A DNA stretch of 64,000 nt from Acinetobacter phage vB_AbaM_ME3. This document shows, piece after piece, positions 9,786 to 18,862 of this stretch (position 1 is the first letter of the stretch; each line of letters begins with the position of its first letter). The stretch is from sequence record KU935715.1; one strand, given 5' to 3'. The notes under the pieces are model-generated. The model was given only the letters and a program-made list of their open reading frames with translations, did no database searches and was not told the origin of the DNA. Made by a program: the position numbers and the translations under genes.

Positions 9786-10113
9786 CAATGATTTCAAAAC
9801 TCCTAAAAGGTATATCAGTTTTAATAAACTTAGATACAATTCCATCCTTAACCAAAGCAGTACCTTCTTCAATACTATTTAAATGCCTTCTTGTTATATA
9901 GCATTTAATATTATCAATATAAAAATGTACATAAGGTCCTAAATCATAATGCCTTGCTAGATACATAACCCAACGATCAGCATCCATATGATAATATGTA
10001 AGGACAATCTCAGTTTCTTCATATCCTTCAAGATGATGTTTTAGTTCAGTAATCAAACTATCTGTTATGTTAATAACTTTAGAAAAAGTTTTAAACTTAT
10101 TAAATTTTTTCAT
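9772..10113 (-). CDS. KFK-family paralog (last member of first array)
   Basis: MKKFNKFKTFSKVINI... Confidence 0.55.
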   Translation of the reverse strand: MKKFNKFKTFSKVINITDSLITELKHHLEGYEETEIVLTYYHMDADRWVMYLARHYDLGPYVHFYIDNIKCYITRRHLNSIEEGTALVKDGIVSKFIKTDIPFRSFEIIDEEA

Positions 10114-10675
10114 CTTCTATATCCTGATGATATTTTTCGATAATGTCATCTAAAGAAAATACTTTGTGTTCTACGTCAAGACCAACATCATATTGGAACT
10201 TCTTACGATCTTTATAAGTACCGTGACAATGACCAAATAAATTAATTGATCCTCGATGAGACTGATCCCAAGAACCTAATGGATAATGACTCATAGTAAT
10301 ACGAGTAGTTAAAGAATCTGAAATTTTAACATCTCTTAAACAGAAGTAATGATTTATATATTTATGAGGATTTAGTTTATAGACTTGTTGAAAAGCTTGC
10401 ATAATCATATTAGCAAATTTTTCATCATGATTACCTAAAGCGATATAAACCAAAACACCCTTATCTTTAAAATATGTAAAGAACTTAATAAACTCTTGCA
10501 ACTTAATCCTAAAATTACAAGAGATATCTCCTAATAAGTAGAGAATATCTCCTGATTTTAAATGATCAAATTTAGACATGATCCATTGATTATGCTCTTC
10601 TTCAGTACATGGACGATTACAATATTTAATGATATTTTTGTGCGACAGGTGCAAATCCGATGAGAAATGGATCAT
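10100..10675 (-). CDS. calcineurin-like metallophosphoesterase (Ser/Thr phosphatase-like)
   Basis: Motifs SDLHLSH, LLGDISCN and GNHDEKF match the phosphoesterase signature D-x-H...GD-x-x-D...GNH[DE]. Confidence 0.75.
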   Translation of the reverse strand: MIHFSSDLHLSHKNIIKYCNRPCTEEEHNQWIMSKFDHLKSGDILYLLGDISCNFRIKLQEFIKFFTYFKDKGVLVYIALGNHDEKFANMIMQAFQQVYKLNPHKYINHYFCLRDVKISDSLTTRITMSHYPLGSWDQSHRGSINLFGHCHGTYKDRKKFQYDVGLDVEHKVFSLDDIIEKYHQDIEDEKI

Positions 10676-10684
10676 TTTTTTAAA

Positions 10685-10999
10685 TCACTCTTCTTCAATT
10701 TCTAAATCTAGGGATGGAGTATCTCCACGAGAATCACTTCCAAATAATGATTCAATAGTTTTAGCTTCTTCGTCTGTTAATTCTTTAATTTTGAGAGTAC
10801 TGAATACATCATCATAATTACGATAATAGATTTCTTCATTAGTACCAACCCAATGAATAAGGGGCTCACCACCATTTTTAAAATATTTTTCAATATCTTT
10901 TAAATAATTGTCAAGCCAATCTTTATCACAAATAGTCCATCCGTAGATGTCCATTTCATCAGCCCAGTTATCATTAACTTGTACTAACACTTGGGTCAT
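10685..10999 (-). CDS. hypothetical acidic protein (104 aa)
   Basis: ORF track; Asp/Glu-rich C-terminus. Confidence 0.5.
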   Translation of the reverse strand: MTQVLVQVNDNWADEMDIYGWTICDKDWLDNYLKDIEKYFKNGGEPLIHWVGTNEEIYYRNYDDVFSTLKIKELTDEEAKTIESLFGSDSRGDTPSLDLEIEEE

Positions 11000-11002
11000 T
11001 TA

Positions 11003-11323
11003 TTACACTCCTAAACGTTCTTTAAGAACAGCTAAAGGAGCCATACCACGAACAGTATTAGTAACTACACCATTTTCATAAACTAACATAGTAGGTACGG
11101 TAGTAATATTTAATTCTTTAGCTAAATTTTGTAAATCGTCTGTTTCAGGAGTCAAAGAAAAGAAAGACACACCTTCTGTTTCTTGTGAAAGTTTATTAAA
11201 TAAAGGAGCTAAAGCTTTACATGGAGCACAAGTACTTGTACTAATTTTAACAATACTTTTTTGTGTATTTGTAAGCACATCAGATTTATATTGTTCTGAT
11301 GATTGAATTTCAATAATTGACAT
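11003..11323 (-). CDS. trx: thioredoxin
   Basis: Redox-active site STCAPCK (CxxC) at the expected position in a 106-aa Trx-fold-sized protein. Confidence 0.8.
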   Translation of the reverse strand: MSIIEIQSSEQYKSDVLTNTQKSIVKISTSTCAPCKALAPLFNKLSQETEGVSFFSLTPETDDLQNLAKELNITTVPTMLVYENGVVTNTVRGMAPLAVLKERLGV

Positions 11324-11332
11324 ATATTCTTC

Positions 11333-11746
11333 TTATTTTTTATTAACTAATTGTGAAATTGTTTTAGCATCGTATTGAGATACATGGTAATTAGCTTTAA
11401 ACCAGTTCATAACAAATGCAGTTTTATTACCTTTATCTTCAGACCAATTTCCACACACTCTTTCAACAATTTCAATTGTTTTTTCAGGAGATAATGGTTG
11501 AGGTAATAAACTATTTAAAATTTCTAATTCTTCACGTGCAACTTCATTTAAAGGAGAGACACTTAATACTTGTAAAGCTGAATCACGAAACTTTTTTAAA
11601 GTATCTAAAGTAATAGTATTTCTATCTGCTTTTACTTTCTTTTCGGCTTGTTGAACTTCACCTAAAATAGTTGTAAACAGATTTGTATGAACTTTATTCT
11701 TATTTTTACGAGCTTCTAATGATTTTTCAGTAATTGTTTGAAACAT
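11333..11746 (-). CDS. hypothetical protein (137 aa)
   Basis: ORF track. Confidence 0.5.
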   Translation of the reverse strand: MFQTITEKSLEARKNKNKVHTNLFTTILGEVQQAEKKVKADRNTITLDTLKKFRDSALQVLSVSPLNEVAREELEILNSLLPQPLSPEKTIEIVERVCGNWSEDKGNKTAFVMNWFKANYHVSQYDAKTISQLVNKK

Positions 11747-11757
11747 TTTATATCCAA

Positions 11758-11792
11758 TAAAAAAGCCTCTACTATAATTTAGTAGAGGCTTT
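11758..11792 (-). terminator. intrinsic terminator (bidirectional hairpin)
   Basis: Perfect 14-bp inverted repeat AAAAGCCTCTACTA / TAGTAGAGGCTTTT with a 5-nt loop. It is followed on the minus-strand RNA by UUUUUUAUU and lies just downstream of the gene ending at 11797. Confidence 0.7.
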
Positions 11793-11796
11793 TATT

Positions 11797-12420
11797 TTAA
11801 GTTAAAGGAAGTATAACTGATCTTACAACATCATCTGATCCACGTACAGAGATCTTTAAATTGAAATCATCTATAACACTTAAAGATATATTAGAAGGTA
11901 ATCTAGCAGAATCTACTTTAGTACTCAAACCACTTGTTATTGTGGAATTTAAAGTAGATTCAAGAGTAGATACCTTAGAATCAACATATGGCTTAATAGA
12001 ATGAGGATCTTCTGAAGTTGTATGTTCTTCAATCTTTCTATCTAGTTCCATATCAACATAGTCGACATTATTATTAGAGATTTTGTTTAACATCTCATTT
12101 TGAATATCAACCATATTAACAGTAATAGAGTGGGGATCTAACATAGTAATAGGTAATTGACTAAGAGAGATCATCCCATTAACTAAATCTGCTTTAGTGT
12201 TATTAAGATTTTGAATAGCAGGATTGAATGTATCTCTCACTGCTTGTTCTCTCAAATCTATATACTGTTTTTGACTAATAGATAATGGTTTATCTATATC
12301 ACTAGTATTATCTACTTTATCGAGATCTAAAATTTGAGGAACATCAAGTAGTACCCAATTCTTTAATTTCTGAGTAGTTAGATGATATTTACCACGTCCG
12401 AGCAATAGGTATTTGTTCAA
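11797..12420 (-). CDS. hypothetical protein; probable true N-terminus in the +1-frame short ORF 12389..12487
   Basis: The track ORF begins with TTG directly after an in-frame TAG and has no Shine-Dalgarno sequence. 66 nt upstream, an ATG with AAGGAAG Shine-Dalgarno opens the 32-codon ORF MADAYLGQTISQVPEFPHELVGIEQIPIARTW, which runs into this gene out of frame. Deleting one A in an AAA run fuses the two. Confidence 0.5.
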   Translation of the reverse strand: MNKYLLLGRGKYHLTTQKLKNWVLLDVPQILDLDKVDNTSDIDKPLSISQKQYIDLREQAVRDTFNPAIQNLNNTKADLVNGMISLSQLPITMLDPHSITVNMVDIQNEMLNKISNNNVDYVDMELDRKIEEHTTSEDPHSIKPYVDSKVSTLESTLNSTITSGLSTKVDSARLPSNISLSVIDDFNLKISVRGSDDVVRSVILPLT

Positions 12421-12499
12421 TACCTACTAACTCATGAGGAAATTCTGGTACTTGACTTATTGTTTGCCCAAGATAAGCATCAGCCATTATAATTCTTCC

Positions 12500-13945
12500 T
12501 TATGTTCTTTGTTGAAAACCAAAACCAGTATTTACTAATTCTGTGCTTTCATTTTCACGTCTACCTGCTAATAAAGCAAATAGATTAGCTAAAGTAATAC
12601 GATCTGGAAGACTTTCTTCTAAGTCTAAACGATCACAACGATTTAGTACTTTAACTGCTTGTTCTTTATGCAATGCATCTACATGAATAGCTTTATAGCA
12701 ACGGCCTTCACGTAATAGAGCTTCATCAACATCTGCTAAATTATTTAAGTTAGAAGTAAAGATAACTTTCTTTTCTTTCTTAGCTGTTAATCCATCAGTG
12801 ATGTTAAGAAGTTTTTTCATCACTTCATTACCATCTTTCTGACGACTATTAATATAAGTATCAGCATCTTCAATAATTAAGAATCGTTCATCACTATCAT
12901 AGAAATGAGAGAATAACGAATCCATATTAGCAATATCTTTATTGTATGTGATTAAACAAGATTCATTAGCATAATGTAAAATTTGCTTTAATAAACTTGT
13001 TTTACCAGTACCTGGAGCTCCATACAATAATAACACAGCTGAATCAGATTCTAAATAGCCATTAATAAAATCTTGAAGATTAATATCATTTAAGAAAGGA
13101 TAAGCTTCTTCAATAAAAGTCTTATTACGAGGAATTGGAATAGTTTTAATATTCAAATCACCTGACTGTGTAATACGATCAACCCATTGAACTTCAACTG
13201 TCTTAGGTTTTAATTCTAATAAAGGGTGAAGTTCTTCAGCTAATGTAGTAGGCATGATTGCATTATTAATAAAGTAATCAGCAGGAACCTTATGAGTATG
13301 TTCAATAGATATAAAACCACCATCCATTAAAATCTCATAATGCTTTTGAAGCTTTTCACCATAATGAGTAAATACTGTTAAAGCTTTTGATTTAGCAAAT
13401 TCTAAAATAGCTTCAAATGATGCTTTTGTAATTTCAGTATATGTATAAGTAGATAAAGGAATTCCTTTATCTAAAGAATTTTGTTGAATATTAACTAGGT
13501 ACTGCATACCGAATGAAGCAGTAACAATACTAGGACTTAAATTATTTTGAGAAGTCATTGGAGGGCTCATAGGAATATTATATACAGGTACTTTAGTATA
13601 AGCTGGATTTACATCTGGTGAATGATAATAGTTAGGACCACTTACTGCGTAGACATGCTTGCCTGTATAAGATACTTGAAGATCATATGAATCTCTGGGG
13701 TTAGCATTGTACTGTGGACCAACCCCTGTAAGAGTATTATAAATAGACTTATTAAAACTTGAAGCAGTAATTTGTCTTAAAAAAGTTCTATAATACATAG
13801 ATACGTAACTAATACGATCATATGAATTTAACTCTCCAAACTCATTATTAACAGTTGGAGAAACACCTTCAACAATTTTAAAAGCGTTTCTAAATATAGA
13901 CATTATTTGAAATGGTCTATGTCTTCGAAGAGTTACTCTTGCCAT
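12500..13945 (-). CDS. AAA ATPase (classic AAA clade, single C-terminal AAA module)
   Basis: Walker A GAPGTGKT and Walker B FLIIEDAD. The second region of homology FTSNLNNLADVDEALLREGRCY matches T-N-x-x-x-x-LD-x-ALLR-x-GR. The roughly 250-aa N-terminal domain has unknown function. Confidence 0.8.
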   Translation of the reverse strand: MARVTLRRHRPFQIMSIFRNAFKIVEGVSPTVNNEFGELNSYDRISYVSMYYRTFLRQITASSFNKSIYNTLTGVGPQYNANPRDSYDLQVSYTGKHVYAVSGPNYYHSPDVNPAYTKVPVYNIPMSPPMTSQNNLSPSIVTASFGMQYLVNIQQNSLDKGIPLSTYTYTEITKASFEAILEFAKSKALTVFTHYGEKLQKHYEILMDGGFISIEHTHKVPADYFINNAIMPTTLAEELHPLLELKPKTVEVQWVDRITQSGDLNIKTIPIPRNKTFIEEAYPFLNDINLQDFINGYLESDSAVLLLYGAPGTGKTSLLKQILHYANESCLITYNKDIANMDSLFSHFYDSDERFLIIEDADTYINSRQKDGNEVMKKLLNITDGLTAKKEKKVIFTSNLNNLADVDEALLREGRCYKAIHVDALHKEQAVKVLNRCDRLDLEESLPDRITLANLFALLAGRRENESTELVNTGFGFQQRT

Positions 13946-13951
13946 ATTATA

Positions 13952-14140
13952 CTATTCACTTTTAAATTGCTTAATCATGTATGTGTTATGTTCATTCAAG
14001 AAATCATTCATAATTTGTAGTGTTTCTACATCTTGAGTTAACTTTTGATTTTCTTTAGTTAACTCGTCACATTTTTGATTAAGAACATAAATCGCTGCTA
14101 ATAATAAAAGAATAACAGAGATAACAAGACTAACCAGCAT
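13952..14140 (-). CDS. small single-pass membrane protein with coiled-coil tail
   Basis: TM segment LVSLVISVILLLLAAIYVL is followed by a heptad-like tail QKLTQDVETLQIMNDFL. Confidence 0.45.
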   Translation of the reverse strand: MLVSLVISVILLLLAAIYVLNQKCDELTKENQKLTQDVETLQIMNDFLNEHNTYMIKQFKSE

Positions 14141-14141
14141 A

Positions 14142-14831
14142 TTAATTCTCTTCTACAGAAGGCGCTACTGTAGCGCCTTTAAGAGCAGCTAAACGTTCTT
14201 GAGCTGATTTTTGAGTAGTATTGTATTTCTTAACTACTTCTTGACCAACTGGTTTAGTCTTCTCTTTTACACGTTTAATACCCTTATAACGAGAAGACAT
14301 TTCATCAGCATCGCGACGAACTTGTTCAATTTGGGCACGTAATCCATTAGGAATACTATCAGAGTGAAGTTCAATTAATGCTTTAGCAGCATCATAACGT
14401 ACTTCAGCTAATGTAAGCGTTTGCTGTGCTTGAACAATGTCTTCATCAATTGTTTTAAGCTCTTCTTCTAGATCTTTAGAATGTTCTACAAAAAGATCTA
14501 AAGTAGATTGTAATACTTCTAGTTCTCTTTCAGCAGCATCTAATTCACTTGCAATTATTTCTACATCTGAAGTATTACCTTCAGCATCAGCTTGTAATAA
14601 AGCTGAATTTAAAGCTTCAATTTGTTTTTGAGCTTCTACTACTTTACCTTCATATAAAGCCGCTTTACCTTCTGTAGTTTCAAAAGTTTTAACTACAGCA
14701 CAACGAGCTTCATTATATTGCTTTAAAATACGATGACTACGATTTTTAATTGAATCTAATTCATCTAATGTACGATCTAATTTAGATCCAAAAATTAAGA
14801 AGAATTTTTTGAGTAACTTAAAAAAGTTCAT
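14142..14831 (-). CDS. PspA/IM30 (Vipp1, ESCRT-III-like) family coiled-coil protein - tentative
   Basis: 229 aa and almost entirely coiled coil. It has an N-terminal amphipathic segment MNFFKLLKKFFLIFGSKL, E/Q/A/L-rich heptads, and a length and profile typical of PspA. Assignment is by pattern only. Confidence 0.45.
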   Translation of the reverse strand: MNFFKLLKKFFLIFGSKLDRTLDELDSIKNRSHRILKQYNEARCAVVKTFETTEGKAALYEGKVVEAQKQIEALNSALLQADAEGNTSDVEIIASELDAAERELEVLQSTLDLFVEHSKDLEEELKTIDEDIVQAQQTLTLAEVRYDAAKALIELHSDSIPNGLRAQIEQVRRDADEMSSRYKGIKRVKEKTKPVGQEVVKKYNTTQKSAQERLAALKGATVAPSVEEN

Positions 14832-14833
14832 GA

Positions 14834-15244
14834 TTATTCCTTTGTATATCTACGAATTAGTTGTTCACGTCTTGAACCAGTAGTTGACGTATTTAAGAGA
14901 GAAGCTAAAGTTTCAGGATTAAATATCACAGCTGTCTTTTCTCCTCCCATTATCTTATTACGATTAATAGTATCGAATAGAACATGAACTGCTTTAGGAC
15001 AAGTTTTTGGATAATTACTCTTTTGTTTTTCAAGCTTATTATACAACTTAGTAATAGTTGGAAATTCATAAGGATTGAAACCTAACAAACGAGTAACTGT
15101 ATCTGTATATGATTCAATTGTCTCTTCTACTGGTGCAGGAATTCTTTTTAATTTTTTATAACGTTTAAATAAAAATACAATTACAAAAAATAGACATTGT
15201 GCTAGAAGAAGTCCTAGACAAAATGCAGCAATTTTCTCACCCAT
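14834..15244 (-). CDS. N-terminally membrane-anchored protein (136 aa)
   Basis: Hydrophobic segment AAFCLGLLLAQCLFFVIVFLF followed by basic KRYKKLKR. Confidence 0.5.
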   Translation of the reverse strand: MGEKIAAFCLGLLLAQCLFFVIVFLFKRYKKLKRIPAPVEETIESYTDTVTRLLGFNPYEFPTITKLYNKLEKQKSNYPKTCPKAVHVLFDTINRNKIMGGEKTAVIFNPETLASLLNTSTTGSRREQLIRRYTKE

Positions 15245-15776
15245 GTAAATTTACCTTTTTATATTTCTTAATTGAAAAAGAGACCCCAGAAGAAGAGACT
15301 TTATCTTCTTGTTCTACTAACTGGAATTCAGAAGTATCTAAGTTATGATTATAGAACTTATTACCATTTTCAATTTCAATACCTACTACTGTAGCTATTA
15401 CTTCATCTGGCGGGTAAGACTCATATACTTTTTCACCACCTACTATAAGAATCTCTTCATTAGGATTAGCTTTAATATAATGATCCAATATTGGTTTAGT
15501 CCAATAAGAAATATTATTAGAATCTAATCCATAATCATCAATTAATTGTTGGGCTTTAATTGGATTTTGAGTAATAACTACAATATTACGCCCAGGAAGA
15601 ACTTCATGACTTTTTGCATAACCCACTACACTACGAAAAGTATTACTTCCCATATAAATAGTTTTTCCTAAAGTTAATTCTTTAAAGAGTTTTAAGTCTT
15701 CAGGTAAATGCCAAGGAAGACCATTGTCAATTCCAATTACATCATTTAAAGATTTAGCTACAATATGTTTAATCAT
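15237..15776 (-). CDS. frd: dihydrofolate reductase
   Basis: Collinear with bacterial FolA: IGxxNxLPWHLPEDLKxFKxxT, the GRNIVVITQN block, and the GG motif LIVGGEKVYE. Confidence 0.85.
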   Translation of the reverse strand: MIKHIVAKSLNDVIGIDNGLPWHLPEDLKLFKELTLGKTIYMGSNTFRSVVGYAKSHEVLPGRNIVVITQNPIKAQQLIDDYGLDSNNISYWTKPILDHYIKANPNEEILIVGGEKVYESYPPDEVIATVVGIEIENGNKFYNHNLDTSEFQLVEQEDKVSSSGVSFSIKKYKKVNLHG

Positions 15777-15778
15777 GG

Positions 15779-16117
15779 TTAATCCTCTAGAAGATCTCTA
15801 AAAATTTGTTCTCTTGTTCGTCCTGTCGTTAAATTAGGAACACGTCCATATTCAGAAAAATCAGAAGGTATTACCCTTGAATTCCTAAGTCTTGTACGAC
15901 TTTCTTCTCGGACATAATACTCATTAAATAGACGAGCATCAGTAGGAGGTAGACAACTAACAGAGCCTATTTCAGTCATAGTTGCCAGTAGTTCTTGAAT
16001 TTCTTTTGCCCATAAAGGATCATCTCTAACAATTTTCTTAAATTTAAGAAATGTTCCTTTTTTCTTCGATGGAGGATAGAAAAAAGGAAACCCTATAGTT
16101 GTAATATCATCCATCAT
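15779..16117 (-). CDS. hypothetical protein (112 aa)
   Basis: ORF track. Confidence 0.5.
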   Translation of the reverse strand: MMDDITTIGFPFFYPPSKKKGTFLKFKKIVRDDPLWAKEIQELLATMTEIGSVSCLPPTDARLFNEYYVREESRTRLRNSRVIPSDFSEYGRVPNLTTGRTREQIFRDLLED

Positions 16118-16517
16118 TTAGATAAGTCTCCAAGCAAGGATTAATACCTTCAGTAGTACCTGTAATTAACGTAGGTTGTCTTATAGGATAAGATGCTGAA
16201 GTTAATGTAAACATTGGAGGACTATAAGCTGTATTTAATTCAGCTCTTTGTGGTCTATACCTATCAGATAACATATATCCATAAAGTTGATCAAGTAAAA
16301 GATCATTTATTAATTTGGAAGTTTCATTCCAAGAACCTTCATACACACCATCTAGCCAACATTTAGAATCTTCTTCTATTAAAGGATTAGTATGAACAGT
16401 AGTCTTAAATTTATTAAGTTTTTGACCTTTATCTTTTTGTTCTTCAGGCTTGGTATATTTATAATATTTAATTTGAATAGGAGTTTCTAGTCTCCAATTT
16501 GAATAATCTCTTCTCAT
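16107..16517 (-). CDS. hypothetical protein (136 aa; contains internal KLNKFK signature)
   Basis: ORF track. The KFK-family signature QKLNKFKTTVHTN sits at codon 33, so the start may be misplaced. Confidence 0.45.
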   Translation of the reverse strand: MRRDYSNWRLETPIQIKYYKYTKPEEQKDKGQKLNKFKTTVHTNPLIEEDSKCWLDGVYEGSWNETSKLINDLLLDQLYGYMLSDRYRPQRAELNTAYSPPMFTLTSASYPIRQPTLITGTTEGINPCLETYLNDG

Positions 16518-16525
16518 GAATTCCT

Positions 16526-16738
16526 TTAATATGTAATTGTTTTATGTTTTATATTACCACATTTTTTACATTGTTTAATAAAGGAAACACCATAAGGAAT
16601 AGATTCATCTTTTTCGACTAAACTAATTTCTTTAACAACAACGTATTCATGTTTACAACTTAAAAATCTTGAGTACACTATAAACATACATAACGAGAAA
16701 AAGAAGCCAATAAATAATCCAATTATTTCATTAATCAT
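16526..16738 (-). CDS. small membrane protein with C-terminal CxxC...CxxC zinc-ribbon
   Basis: TM segment IIGLFIGFFFSLCMFIVY, then CKHEY...CKKCGN. Confidence 0.45.
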   Translation of the reverse strand: MINEIIGLFIGFFFSLCMFIVYSRFLSCKHEYVVVKEISLVEKDESIPYGVSFIKQCKKCGNIKHKTITY

Positions 16739-16747
16739 ATTAACTCC

Positions 16748-17239
16748 TTAATAAGAGTTAAACACATCTACACTACCATCTGGCTTAATGTGGTATGTCT
16801 CTTTTTTATTTTTTATTGAGTAATTTAATGTATACCATGTCCCACTTAATTTAGGAGATGGGTCTTCGTTTTCTAAAGTAATAGCAATCATAATAGAAGA
16901 TTCATTAACAATATCTCTATTACGAGCAAAGTAAGTTTTATCTTCTCTTACTTGATCACTTTTAAAATCACCTACCAATTTCTTACTGACTGGTGGATGA
17001 GCAACAACAGTAAAGTCATAAAGATCTTTTACTAGTTTTGCAGCTTGAGTATCAACTCCAATACAATCTCCTTGATGAAAGGTATCAAGCATTGGATATC
17101 GTTCTAGTAGTTTAGCTACAACAGAGAGGAAAGCCTTCTGTTGTAGCTTATTCATACCTTGACGAGTACCTGTGATACCTAAATCAGTAATCTTCACCTT
17201 GGATACCATAAGTAACTCCATTGATATTTGAAACACCAT
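16748..17239 (-). CDS. hypothetical protein (163 aa), possibly Rossmann-like
   Basis: ORF track. Weak G-x-T-G-T-R-Q-G and HQGDCIGVD motifs. Confidence 0.45.
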   Translation of the reverse strand: MVFQISMELLMVSKVKITDLGITGTRQGMNKLQQKAFLSVVAKLLERYPMLDTFHQGDCIGVDTQAAKLVKDLYDFTVVAHPPVSKKLVGDFKSDQVREDKTYFARNRDIVNESSIMIAITLENEDPSPKLSGTWYTLNYSIKNKKETYHIKPDGSVDVFNSY

Positions 17240-17837
17240 ACATTTTAAGTTCTTTTTTATTTAACTGACGATCATAGTGTTGGACTACAGGATAATATTC
17301 GTAATTATAACAACGAAGTTCTGGATTCCAAATTCTTTTAGATGCAGTAAACCAATAAAACATATATGGTGAAGGTTTATAAAAATACCCATCTTTTAAA
17401 ATTAATTTAACACCTTTTACATTTATTTCAAAGCGACCTTTCTCTTTCAATTTAGAAGGAGACCAACGACAAGAAGGATAACGAGATCGTACTAAGATTC
17501 CATTTTCAATTTTAAAATCAAATGGTCGATAACTAATAACACCTTTTTCAAGATCTTTTAAGTAATGTAATGACCAATTCTTGAAAAATTTATTATGTTT
17601 AAACTTAGAATTATTAATAACCTTATATCTAACTTCAGAGAAAGGTTTATTCTCATATTTAGCTAAAAGTCTTTCAAAGTAGTTTCTAACTTGATCAAAA
17701 TTATTGTGTTCAATACGAGCTACTTTGAAATCAATATAATCCCAATAGTTTTGTTTCTTGTGTTGTAATGTAAAACTTTCTTTTGTATAGATAGGTAGTT
17801 TAGATAGCTTTTCAGCTTTTTGATAGCAATTATTCAT
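17184..17837 (-). CDS. hypothetical protein (217 aa)
   Basis: ATG at 17837 preceded by GGAGGTG Shine-Dalgarno. Its 3' end overlaps the next ORF by 56 nt in another frame. Confidence 0.55.
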   Translation of the reverse strand: MNNCYQKAEKLSKLPIYTKESFTLQHKKQNYWDYIDFKVARIEHNNFDQVRNYFERLLAKYENKPFSEVRYKVINNSKFKHNKFFKNWSLHYLKDLEKGVISYRPFDFKIENGILVRSRYPSCRWSPSKLKEKGRFEINVKGVKLILKDGYFYKPSPYMFYWFTASKRIWNPELRCYNYEYYPVVQHYDRQLNKKELKMYGVSNINGVTYGIQGEDY

Positions 17838-17840
17838 TTA

Positions 17841-17874
17841 CACCTCCGTTAGTAATTGCACTAATGAGGGTGTA
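17841..17874 (-). promoter_or_regulatory. stem-loop able to sequester the Shine-Dalgarno of the gene starting at 17837
   Basis: On the mRNA, UACACCCUC (from 17866..17874) pairs with GAGGUGUA of the GGAGGUG Shine-Dalgarno (8 of 9 pairs); the loop is about 17 nt. Confidence 0.35.
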
Positions 17875-17901
17875 AACTCCTATGATTAAATAAAATCATA
17901 A

Positions 17902-18495
17902 TTAACGACGAGAGGAACGACTACTACTTCGAGTACTATATGACTTAGTTTTTGATAAGGTTGTATAAGACTTTTTAGTAGTAATATTAATAGGTTTCCT
18001 ACTAACTGTTTGAGGAGCTTTTTTAAGACTCACAGTCGAGGGAATAGAGCTAATAGTGGAAGGTTTATTAGCGGGCAAAGAAGTTTTAGATGGACTATCA
18101 GTAGAAGTAGTCTTTACTGGTTGACTATTGTAATTGTTAACTACAACAGTCTTTTTAACCACAGTTTGTTTAGGTTGTCTAACATAATTCTTACGATCAT
18201 AATCATTAGAATTATTAGCAATCATATGACCAGCTACAGCACCTGCAATACCAGAAAGTAAAACATCACTACCAGTATAACCACTCTGAGAAGCTACAGC
18301 TTGAGCTTGCTGAGGGTTTTGTTGGTATTGGGTAGTAAGAGCAACCCATTCATCTAACGTGCCTGTATATCCATCTGATTGAGCTTGCTTGTACGTAGTA
18401 ACAATTTTACTACTTTCATAACTCTCTGGAGCTTTTGTACAACCAACAAAAGACATAGATATAGCAATTACAGAACAAAGAAAAAACTTTTTCAT
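17902..18495 (-). CDS. lipoprotein with glycine-zipper segment and Ser/Thr-rich C-terminus
   Basis: Signal peptide plus lipobox MKKFFLCSVIAISMSFVGC. Glycine zipper GIAGAVAGHM. C-terminal third rich in S/T/K/R. Confidence 0.6.
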   Translation of the reverse strand: MKKFFLCSVIAISMSFVGCTKAPESYESSKIVTTYKQAQSDGYTGTLDEWVALTTQYQQNPQQAQAVASQSGYTGSDVLLSGIAGAVAGHMIANNSNDYDRKNYVRQPKQTVVKKTVVVNNYNSQPVKTTSTDSPSKTSLPANKPSTISSIPSTVSLKKAPQTVSRKPINITTKKSYTTLSKTKSYSTRSSSRSSRR

Positions 18496-18538
18496 TTCAA
18501 TTTCCTTAAAAAATAAAATTTAATACAACAGTAAGTAT

Positions 18539-18850
18539 TCATTTAATAACAACTATATCTATTTCAGTTGTAATTTGAATTGTTAAAGGGGTAAAAGAAT
18601 TAATAATAGAATCTATTCCAATATTAGAATATTCTTTAAAATCTAATTTGTGATTTAAAGGAAAACGAGTAGCATGATTAATACTATCTGTATAAGTAAT
18701 GTAGTGATGTAGCTGATTAAAAGCTTCTCGAAATTCAATTACTTTTAAATAACGACCTTTTAAATCTTTATATATTTGGTGTTGAACTACTTCTTTAGTT
18801 TTTAAACCATTAGGAAGTTCACCACTACCATACCCATCCCACATTTCCAT
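18539..18850 (-). CDS. hypothetical protein (103 aa)
   Basis: ORF track. Confidence 0.5.
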   Translation of the reverse strand: MEMWDGYGSGELPNGLKTKEVVQHQIYKDLKGRYLKVIEFREAFNQLHHYITYTDSINHATRFPLNHKLDFKEYSNIGIDSIINSFTPLTIQITTEIDIVVIK

Positions 18851-18862
18851 GCTATACCTCGT

